Made by a program: the position numbers and the translations under genes
Shown here: positions 30,845 through 38,371 of the stretch, piece by piece
How positions within the stretch are numbered: the first letter of the stretch is position 1
Layout of the letters: each line of letters starts with the position of its first letter
NCBI GenBank assembly: GCA_965223425.1
Contig: OZ245003.1
Location: forward strand, 96,001-160,000
Direction: 5' to 3'
Source of the DNA: Nitrosopumilus sp.
GTDB taxonomy: Archaea; Thermoproteota; Nitrososphaeria; Nitrososphaerales; Nitrosopumilaceae
Length of the DNA stretch: 64,000 nt
The notes under the pieces: generated by a model
Told to the model about the DNA's origin: nothing
Database searches by the model: none
What the model saw: only the letters and a program-made list of their open reading frames with translations

Positions 30845-31976
30845 TAGTGAATTGGATTAACAATCGCTCACAAAACAGACAACATTATTCAACCACAAGA
30901 TCTAGATCCCAGTGTATGGCAGAATCCGCATGAAATACAACAATTCTGCAATACCGGCAGACAGAAGGTTCCTGTCCGGCGTCTCCAGTGCGCGCCTGCG
31001 CAGCATGCAAAAAAAGGAGACAGATCCCAGGGCCGCAGCAAGGCTGCTGGCATATGCCATGCGCAAGGAGGGCATGTCCATACGCCAGATATGCAGGGCC
31101 CTCAACAGGTCATACTCTACAGTACGGGGCTGGCTTGTGCGCGCCGCACAGCTTGGCACCTGCGGCAGGTACGACATCAAAAACAAAGGCGCGCCAAACA
31201 AGCTCGATCCGGAACAGACAAAGCAGCTGCGCGCAGACCTGCTGGCAGGCCCGCGCAGTTGCGGCTTTGAGTCCGGAGTGTGGACGGCACCGCTGCTGGC
31301 CGCACACATCAGAAAAAAGTTCGGCGTGCAGTATGCCACTGTCAGCATATATGACATACTGCACAGGATGGGCTTTTCGTGCAGAAAGCCGCGTCCAAAG
31401 CACCCAAAATCAGCCTCAGAATCAGAGAAAAAAGAGTTTAAAAAAAAAGCAGGGGAGATAATCCAGAGTCATCCAGACCATACGGTGATTACAGTTGATG
31501 AGGCCTCCTTTATCATTGGGTGGAATACCAAGAACGGGTGGTACCTCAAGGGCAAGCCCGTCACCACTCCAGTCAGCCTGTCGCGCAAAAGGTTCTACTC
31601 GTTTGGGGCGCTGTACGACGGCGGCTTTGACTGCAGGTTCTATGCCAAGGCCAACAGCTACAGCTTTGTGGACATGCTCGGACACCTGCATCTCAAGCAC
31701 GGCAAGATCATCGTCTTTCTTGATAACGCATCATACCACAAGTCAAAGATGGTCAATGATTTTGTCGACTCGTATGACGGCGACATAGTCCTTGTTTACT
31801 TGCCCGTGTACACCCCGGAGCTGAATACCACGGAGGGGCAGTGGAGGCTGTTAAGAAGGGCCACTGCAAACGTGATGTATGAAAGCACAAAGGTGATGAA
31901 GGAATCCATATGGACAATGCTGGATAGACGTGAGGTCAAGATAACAAGAATGAGCGGTTATTTATCCTAGTCACTA
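30845..31976 (+). mobile_element. IS630-family element A, copy 2 (intact)
   Basis: Same TIRs as 10614-11746; CG TSD. Confidence 0.92.
30912..31970 (+). CDS. IS630-family transposase
   Basis: HTH, WTAPLL, VDEAS, LDNASYH, YTPELNTTE (DDE). Confidence 0.92.
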   Translation: MYGRIRMKYNNSAIPADRRFLSGVSSARLRSMQKKETDPRAAARLLAYAMRKEGMSIRQICRALNRSYSTVRGWLVRAAQLGTCGRYDIKNKGAPNKLDPEQTKQLRADLLAGPRSCGFESGVWTAPLLAAHIRKKFGVQYATVSIYDILHRMGFSCRKPRPKHPKSASESEKKEFKKKAGEIIQSHPDHTVITVDEASFIIGWNTKNGWYLKGKPVTTPVSLSRKRFYSFGALYDGGFDCRFYAKANSYSFVDMLGHLHLKHGKIIVFLDNASYHKSKMVNDFVDSYDGDIVLVYLPVYTPELNTTEGQWRLLRRATANVMYESTKVMKESIWTMLDRREVKITRMSGYLS

Positions 31977-32845
31977 CGGTATAGCCCAGCCTGCGGTACC
32001 TGAGGGCGATCCGCCGCGCTTTTTTTTAAACTCGCTGATCTCGCGCTCCGAGGCCGCCTTCGGGTTCCTGGGGCGCAGCTTGCGCCACGACAGGCCGAGC
32101 CTTGAGAGCAGCTTGTGCACCCCGTTGAGCGAGTACGCCGCGCCGAACTTCCTCTCGATGTGCGCGCAGACGATCCTCGCCGTCCACAGCCGGGTCTCAA
32201 ACCCGCAGTTCTCAGGTCCCGCTACAAGATCTGCGAGCAGCTCCGCCCTCTGGGACTCGTCGAGCCTGCACGGGCATCCCGGCCTGCCGCGGTCGCGGCG
32301 GCCGCGCAGGCCGCCGTCCCTTGCCCGCACCAGCCAGTCCCGTACTGTGGAGTAGCTGCGGTTTGTCCGCGCGGCGATGCCGCGTATGCTCATGCCCTCC
32401 TTCCGCATCATGTACACGAGGAGCCTGTCCCGTGCCTTGGGGTCAGTCTCCCTCTTGTGGCACTCCCTCAAATAACCTGTGCCTGTGCCCTTCAGAAAGC
32501 CGGATCCCCTCTCCAAATTCCTAGGTTTCTTCATAGAGTGGCTGGGAATCCGCATGATCTAGATCCTTCGGTCAAAAAACATTCCCAAAAGGATCAAGAT
32601 CGATTATATATTATGGGCACTACGGATACGGAGGCCCCCGGCTGCAGTATTCCGTCGGAAACCTCTGCCTTCTTAAAGCACCTGACAGTTATGTCAATGC
32701 TGGATATTTCAGTCGTTCCGATGTTGTACATAGTATAGTCCAGCACCATCACATTCCCTGCCATATGTGCATTGGCATACACGTCCGCCCCTATTCCCCG
32801 TGCCGTCCCTGAAAAATCAGAGACCATGAGTGCCACTGCCGCTAG

Positions 32846-32919
32846 GTTGTTGCATAACTTGGATCCTAGGCACAAAATTTACCCAACTTTTGACTGGATT
32901 AGGCATGTTATGCAACAAA
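32846..32919. mobile_element. 74-bp MITE flanked by CTAG
   Basis: CTAG-GTTGTTGCATAAC ... GTTATGCAACAAA-CTAG. Confidence 0.75.
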
Positions 32920-33091
32920 CTAGACGGTCAGTCAGTTGTCATATACGTTGGATCGTGGATTTTCAGTAGGCATTTGATGTTCACGGAAGAAACATTTGCA
33001 GTGTAGAGGAAAAAAGAGATTAGCATAATGGCACTATGCTAACGTAACCGAAACCTAGCATTATATTGTAATTGTATTATAAAAATCGTGT

Positions 33092-33163
33092 GGGCTAGTA
33101 GTATAATTGGTACTATTCGTAGCCGAGACCTGCGAGATCAGGGTTCGAATCCCTGCTAGTCCA
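33092..33163 (+). tRNA. Atypical tRNA-like gene (anticodon GAG, short variable loop, G3:U70)
   Basis: Acceptor GGGCTAG/CTAGTCC+A; D arm with GG; anticodon stem CGTAG/CTGCG with loop CCGAGAC; T arm CAGGG-TTCGAAT-CCCTG. Confidence 0.75.
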
Positions 33164-33358
33164 CACTTTAACGGTCTGATGGGTTTTCCAGTTTGTTTCA
33201 TGACCACCTACCTTGCCGCCATCACCTACGCATATTTTGACAATAATGCCTCAATAGAACCTGCAATGATCATGTTGGATGGTGTGCGTGAATTTACCTT
33301 GTGTACAGTACGGAGTTGTTGCCGAATTGTATCTTGCTGTTGGATTTGTGTGATATGT

Positions 33359-33390
33359 CAGTAGTTCCCAGATGTAGATTTACCGCAACC
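33359..33390 (-). mobile_element. Isolated ISH3 right end
   Basis: CAGTAGTTCCCAGATGTAGATTTACCGCAACC is identical to 33761-33792 and is preceded by ATGT. Confidence 0.85.
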
Positions 33391-33391
33391 A

Positions 33392-33580
33392 CTAGCTTGA
33401 ACACATGATAACCACCTCGTCGTAGTTGTAGTGATGGATCGACTCCTGTATGCATATGGGCCTTGCGCCCTTGAGCTTGAATGGGGCAATCCGAGCTGCT
33501 GTGTAATTGGGCCTTGCGCCCTGATAGGTGTATGCAGCTTCCGGTCTGTCAACACATTCGAAAGGAGGTGATAGAAAAGA
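33392..33580 (+). ncRNA. Candidate IS110 bridge RNA in the left non-coding end
   Basis: Two stem-internal-loop modules, each capped by GGGCCTTGCGCCC (33458-33470, 33509-33521), upstream of an IS110 recombinase start. Confidence 0.6.
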
Positions 33581-33760
33581 ATGAATGCAAACATTGGAAT
33601 AGACATTGGAAAGAAAAAATGTGACGTATGCGTGGTGGACGGGAATGGCAAAGTCCTGGAGACAGGACAGTACCCCAACACTGCAAGCGATGCTGGGAAA
33701 TTTGCACAAAAGATGGCGCACAAATACGCCGGCAAGGCAAAAAAATGCAGGGCAGCATGT
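33581..33760 (+). pseudogene. IS110-family recombinase N-terminal (DEDD) fragment
   Basis: MNANIGIDIGKKKCDVCVVDGNGKVL; SD GGAGGTGA at 33564; truncated by ISH3. Confidence 0.85.
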
Positions 33761-35129
33761 CAGTAGTTCCCAGATGTAGATTTACCGCAACCGCAACTGG
33801 CATCGGTTCTACTTGCCTCGATCATTGACAAACAACTCGTTTCTGCTTGTAATGTACACGATAAACAACGCCATGGTGAGTTTTTTCCCCGCAGAAGACA
33901 CTCTTCCATGCCTCTTTCCCGCATCAAGGCAGAACCTGGCAATCCTCCACAGGTTGTACAGCAGCAGCGGCAGGTAAAACATCAGCAGCCTCACAGACAG
34001 GGAGTTGCTGCATGTCCTGCCCATGATCTCCTTTATGACGCGAAACCCCGTCTCGATGCCCCATCTCTTGCGGTACTGCTCCGGTATGATGCCTGTCATG
34101 GCTCTGGCGCTCCTGATGGGAATGTTTGTTGCAAACGCAATGTATTGCTCCTCCCCCTCCTCTTCCCCCTCCCCCTTTTTCTTCTTCTTCCTGTCTCTTT
34201 TGACAATTACAAGGTTGTAGGTCACAGTTACGCCGTCTTTGTTGGTCATTGACTGCTGCGATACCTGGCTTGCCTTTCCGTCCTTGTACATCTTGACTAT
34301 CCTCTTGATCTTGGAGTTCATGATGACAGGCATAATGTAGCGGCACCCGCCCTTTCCTGCCTCTGTCATGCAGTCAGCGCTGTAAAAGGCGCGGTCGTAC
34401 AGGAACACATTCTTTGAGTGTGCGCCCCCTCTGAGGATTTTCGTGCGTGTTTTGGCTATAAAATCGGCCAGTTTTTCCTTTGCCGGCAGCAGCTGCGATT
34501 CCAGGACAATCTGCGAGGAGTCCCTGCCGGCTCCGTGCACTGCGACATACGAGAGAAACGTGGATGTTACTGCCCTTGGACGCGACTTTCTTGTATGCCC
34601 CTGCAGCTGCTCCCCATGGTATGGTATGTCCGTAACGTCTATTGCAATGGCGTCGATGTCCTGCAGCATTCCTGCACGGCGGGCGTGCCGCACCGTGCGT
34701 GCCAGCGTCCTTGCACACCAGCCCTGCACGTCTGCCGGTTCGACGCCACGGACTGCAGACATGACCAGGTCTGCATCAGGCGTACGTGCACCCGTGTCTT
34801 GAAGCCTGTTGCGCCGTACGAGGGATTCTACAAACGTGTTTCTCTCAGACGCCCTGATTAGCACGTCCAGTATGTCATTGCATCCGTATACGGCGTTGTG
34901 CCTCTCAGACATTGGCATGCCAAGCTTTTGAAACGACGAGCGCAGGATTTTAAACCGGTTTGATGTTATATTGTACTGGCGTGCGATCAGTTCGTCATGT
35001 AATTCGACTTTCATGACATATTGCACGCCGTAGCCTAATCTGGATCTTTGCATTGCAGTTACGCGGTAACGCACCGGCATCTGGGCATAAACCTACATCT
35101 GGGCACAAATCTACATCTGGGAACTACTG
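33761..35129 (-). mobile_element. ISH3-family element (complete)
   Basis: 23-bp TIR CAGTAGTTCCCAGATGTAGATTT; ATGT on both flanks. Confidence 0.88.
33809..35080 (-). CDS. ISH3-family DDE transposase
   Basis: AIDVTDIPYHG, YDRAFYS, YRKRWGIETGFR (YREK). Confidence 0.9.
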   Translation of the reverse strand: MPVRYRVTAMQRSRLGYGVQYVMKVELHDELIARQYNITSNRFKILRSSFQKLGMPMSERHNAVYGCNDILDVLIRASERNTFVESLVRRNRLQDTGARTPDADLVMSAVRGVEPADVQGWCARTLARTVRHARRAGMLQDIDAIAIDVTDIPYHGEQLQGHTRKSRPRAVTSTFLSYVAVHGAGRDSSQIVLESQLLPAKEKLADFIAKTRTKILRGGAHSKNVFLYDRAFYSADCMTEAGKGGCRYIMPVIMNSKIKRIVKMYKDGKASQVSQQSMTNKDGVTVTYNLVIVKRDRKKKKKGEGEEEGEEQYIAFATNIPIRSARAMTGIIPEQYRKRWGIETGFRVIKEIMGRTCSNSLSVRLLMFYLPLLLYNLWRIARFCLDAGKRHGRVSSAGKKLTMALFIVYITSRNELFVNDRGK

Positions 35130-35376
35130 ATGTTATCCTCAATTGTTTGTTTAAGACGTTTTTGCGTTCAGTTTTTTTTATTTGAAGTTCCAGGATTGAA
35201 TCCTCTAATTTGAATTTCTCTAAAAACTAATTCCCATTTCAATAAATCTTCTTTCATGAACCAAGTAAAATCATTATCGACTGGTAAGGCGTTGTCCAAT
35301 TTTTCCCAGCAAAATAGCTGACGTTATCGGACAGTGCCCACCATTAACCATAAAACCTATATTTCTTTATATATAT

Positions 35377-35390
35377 TCTCTATATAGAGA
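35377..35390. promoter_or_regulatory. Palindromic operator candidate for the AbiE operon
   Basis: Perfect palindrome TCTCTATATAGAGA, 5 bp upstream of the ATG. Confidence 0.5.
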
Positions 35391-35395
35391 GAATA

Positions 35396-36205
35396 ATGAC
35401 AAAAGAATATAAGCGTAATTTATCAGATAGAGAATCACGGATCATCACAGATCTTAGTTACAAAAACAAATCAATATTCACAATTAATGATTTGAAAGAA
35501 TATGTAAAAGATACAAAAAATTTTCTTCATCACCTAGTTGAGAGAAAATGGATTTTGAAAATACGAAATGGGGTTTATGCCATTACACCATTTGATGCAG
35601 GAAAGGAAGGTTCTGGAAGTTATACTCTACATAGCTTTGTAATAGGTTCCCTTCTCACAACACCATATTACATTGGATATTTGAGCGCATTAAATTATCA
35701 TGGTTTAACTGATAGAACACCATCACATGTATACATAGTAACAACAAAAGCAAAACATTCACGTGAATTACTTGATATAAAATTCAAATTTGTAACTGTG
35801 CATTCCAGAAAAATGTTTGGTTTAGAAGAAGAAATAATTGATGATAAAAAAGTGATAATGTCGTCTCTTGAGAAAACTATTGTAGACTGTTTAGATCATC
35901 CAGAATATAGTGGCGGTATTGAAGAAATTGCTAAATCACTGTTTTTTTCAAAAAATGAAATTGATGTGGAGTTATTGGTTAATTACGCAAAGAAAATTGA
36001 AAATAATACGGTAATCAAAAGATTAGGATACATATCAGAAATAATTGAGTGGAATGAATGTTTAGAGTTACTTGTTAATATAAAATTGAAGAGTGGATAT
36101 TCACTTCTTGAACCGAAATTTCCAAAAAATTCTACCTCAAAAATCAAGGAAAGATGGAAGTTATTAGTAAACACTAAACTAGAATCAAAGAGGTTCTTAC
36201 ATTAA
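35396..36205 (+). CDS. Type IV TA antitoxin, AbiEi family
   Basis: N-terminal wHTH, YIGYLSALNYHGLT, EKTIVDCLDHPEYSGG, KRLGY. Confidence 0.9.
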   Translation: MTKEYKRNLSDRESRIITDLSYKNKSIFTINDLKEYVKDTKNFLHHLVERKWILKIRNGVYAITPFDAGKEGSGSYTLHSFVIGSLLTTPYYIGYLSALNYHGLTDRTPSHVYIVTTKAKHSRELLDIKFKFVTVHSRKMFGLEEEIIDDKKVIMSSLEKTIVDCLDHPEYSGGIEEIAKSLFFSKNEIDVELLVNYAKKIENNTVIKRLGYISEIIEWNECLELLVNIKLKSGYSLLEPKFPKNSTSKIKERWKLLVNTKLESKRFLH

Positions 36206-37002
36206 TGATTTTAAGGCAAGAATTAGTAAATGAAGCAAAAAAGCACGGATTTGCTTTAGATATAATGGCAAAACATTATGTTTTAGGATGGCTTTTACAT
36301 GGAATTCTATCAACTACAATATCAGATAGTTTGATATTCAAAGGGGGAACAGCATTATCTAAAATTCATTATCCTAACAACTGGAGATTATCAGAAGATT
36401 TGGATTTTACAGCATCGAATAGTGAAGAATTTGATACATTTGGAAATGTTTTGAAAAATGAATTACCTGCAATAGTGAAAAATTCATGTGATTTGGACAT
36501 AAAACAAAAAGACGAACCATATACAAATGGCGGATATGTGCGGACAAGATTTTCCTATAATAGCAAAATTGGCACTGGCGCTGTAAAAATTGAAATTACA
36601 GCAGAAAATGTAATAGGAACAGTTGAAAAAAAGCAGTTATTCAAGATTTTTGATTATCCGGATTTGGAAGTTAGAACGTATTCAGTTTCTACAATTCTAG
36701 CAGAAAAACTTCGTGCCATTATAGAACGTGGTTATGTCAGAGATTATTATGATGCATGGAGACTATTGAAAATTGAAAAATTTGATAATGATGCTGTCAG
36801 AAATTTATTTTTAGAAAAATTAAAGCTTAGAGATACAAAATTTGAAGGTATAGAGCAATTTTTTCCTGAAGGAGTTGTTGAAGAATTTGAGACACAGGTT
36901 GAAGAGGGTTTAACAAGATTAAAGGATGAGGAATTGCCTACTATGAGTAATATGATAAAAGAGCTAGAGGCGTTATTAGAAAAAAATATTTTCTTGAATT
37001 AG
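36205..37002 (+). CDS. Type IV TA toxin, AbiEii nucleotidyltransferase
   Basis: FKGGTAL, RLSEDLDF, KIEI, AEKLRA, RDYYD; translationally coupled (TAATG). Confidence 0.92.
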   Translation: MILRQELVNEAKKHGFALDIMAKHYVLGWLLHGILSTTISDSLIFKGGTALSKIHYPNNWRLSEDLDFTASNSEEFDTFGNVLKNELPAIVKNSCDLDIKQKDEPYTNGGYVRTRFSYNSKIGTGAVKIEITAENVIGTVEKKQLFKIFDYPDLEVRTYSVSTILAEKLRAIIERGYVRDYYDAWRLLKIEKFDNDAVRNLFLEKLKLRDTKFEGIEQFFPEGVVEEFETQVEEGLTRLKDEELPTMSNMIKELEALLEKNIFLN

Positions 37003-37202
37003 GATTTAATTAAAATTTATTTTTAAGATATGTGTCATGATAAGTACTGTCATGTTTTGAAGATAGAAATTTCTTACATACATTCTCTTTGTTTCTTAGC
37101 TACGCGTTAATTTTAGAAAGTTATCATAGACATTTTCTCTAGGGTCTTCTATCTCTATCACATCTGAATTAGATGATGGGGCTTTGAGTCAGTAAAGTAG
37201 AG

Positions 37203-37276
37203 TGGGATCGGCAGGATTTGAACCTGCGACCACTAGTCCCCCAGACTAGTATCATACCAAGCTAGACGACGATCCC
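37203..37276 (-). tRNA. tRNA-Pro(GGG)
   Basis: GGGATCG...CTAGT-CTGGGGG-ACTAG...GCAGGTTCAAATCCTGC-CGATCCCA. Confidence 0.95.
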
Positions 37277-37316
37277 TTATCACATAGACGCAAAATGAAA
37301 TTATTAAATCGTCGTA

Positions 37317-37538
37317 TTGATTAACAAATACATGAAAATGTGCAGTATTTGTCACAAAGTTTCCGCAACAGAACAAGATCATCTTGATTGTATTCAGAGA
37401 AGAAGTATCGAAATGGAAGACGAGAATTTTAAAAATAATATTCCTGAAAAGCTGAATCTGTCAAAAAATAATCAAGATTTAGGTATTGAAGTGAAAGCTA
37501 TCTTAGAGCATCTTACAAAAGAAAAAGAGGAAAAATAA
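37317..37538 (+). CDS. Small hypothetical protein (CxxC)
   Basis: CSICH...HLDC; the real start is probably MKMC. Confidence 0.7.
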   Translation: MINKYMKMCSICHKVSATEQDHLDCIQRRSIEMEDENFKNNIPEKLNLSKNNQDLGIEVKAILEHLTKEKEEK

Positions 37539-37555
37539 TAATTATTTTGACTTGC

Positions 37556-38296
37556 TTATCGTTCTTGAGTTGTAGGTCTTATCAAAATCTCATTAACGTT
37601 AACATGAGATGGAGATTCAACTGCGTACAAAATTGCGTTTGCAATATCTTCTGCTTGTAGTGCTTGCATCTTTTTCGTATTTTCAACAAATCCTTTCAAA
37701 GATTCATCAGTGATTGTATCGTTAAGCTCTGTAGCTACAACTCCAGGTTCAATACTAGTTACTCGGATGTTAGAGCGTACGCTAAATTCTTGTCTTAGTC
37801 CTTCACTGAATGCTGCAACTGCATGTTTTGTTGCACAATAAACACTGCCAGCTGGAAAGACAATTCTTCCGGCTACAGATGAGAGATTAACAATATGGCC
37901 AGATTTTTTTTCTTGCATATGTGATATTACTGCACCTGTAGAATACAGTACGCCCTTGATGTTCACATCAATCATTTTATCCCATTCATCTACCTTGAGG
38001 CTTTTGAAGAAACTCAGAGGCATCAATCCGGCATTATTTACAAGAATGTCAACAGAATTCCATTTATCTAAAACTGCTTTAGCAAAATTTTCACATTCTG
38101 ATCTTTGTGTAACGTCTAGTTTTTGATAAAATACTTCTCCACCGTCAGCGGAGATCTTTTTTGCGAGTTCTTCTAACCTATCAACTCTTCTAGCGCCAAT
38201 AGCTACTTTAGCACCTGCTTTTGATAGTGCCAAAGCAGTGGCAAATCCTATTCCACTGCTTGCCCCAGTTATTATTGCCACCTTATCTTTAATCAT
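37556..38296 (-). CDS. SDR-family oxidoreductase
   Basis: TGASSGIG, NNAG, YCATK. Confidence 0.93.
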   Translation of the reverse strand: MIKDKVAIITGASSGIGFATALALSKAGAKVAIGARRVDRLEELAKKISADGGEVFYQKLDVTQRSECENFAKAVLDKWNSVDILVNNAGLMPLSFFKSLKVDEWDKMIDVNIKGVLYSTGAVISHMQEKKSGHIVNLSSVAGRIVFPAGSVYCATKHAVAAFSEGLRQEFSVRSNIRVTSIEPGVVATELNDTITDESLKGFVENTKKMQALQAEDIANAILYAVESPSHVNVNEILIRPTTQER

Positions 38297-38371
38297 CTAA
38301 ATACTTCAAACAGGTTCAATTTCAACATCGTAAAAATGTTTAGGCGTTAAGAGATTTCAGGCAGATACTAG

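Larger units (their letters stand above)
30352..32555 (-). pseudogene. IS630 B transposase, interrupted
   Basis: HTH part at 31977-32555; DDE part at 30352-30844 (TADE, DNASWH, PELNSEE); A8 slippery tract. Confidence 0.85.
30349..32622 (-). mobile_element. IS630-family element B (interrupted by element A)
   Basis: Imperfect TIRs TAGTCAACATACTAAATAATCGCTC / TAGTGCCCATAATATATAATCGATC; CG TSD. Confidence 0.85.
30213..32845 (-). pseudogene. Pilin-like surface protein split by nested IS630 elements and a MITE
   Basis: Removing 30349-32624 restores LAAVAL...YNIGTTEISSI...ILQPGASVS-GTGFLGYG...NVILR* in frame; the 5' end is lost. Confidence 0.55.
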
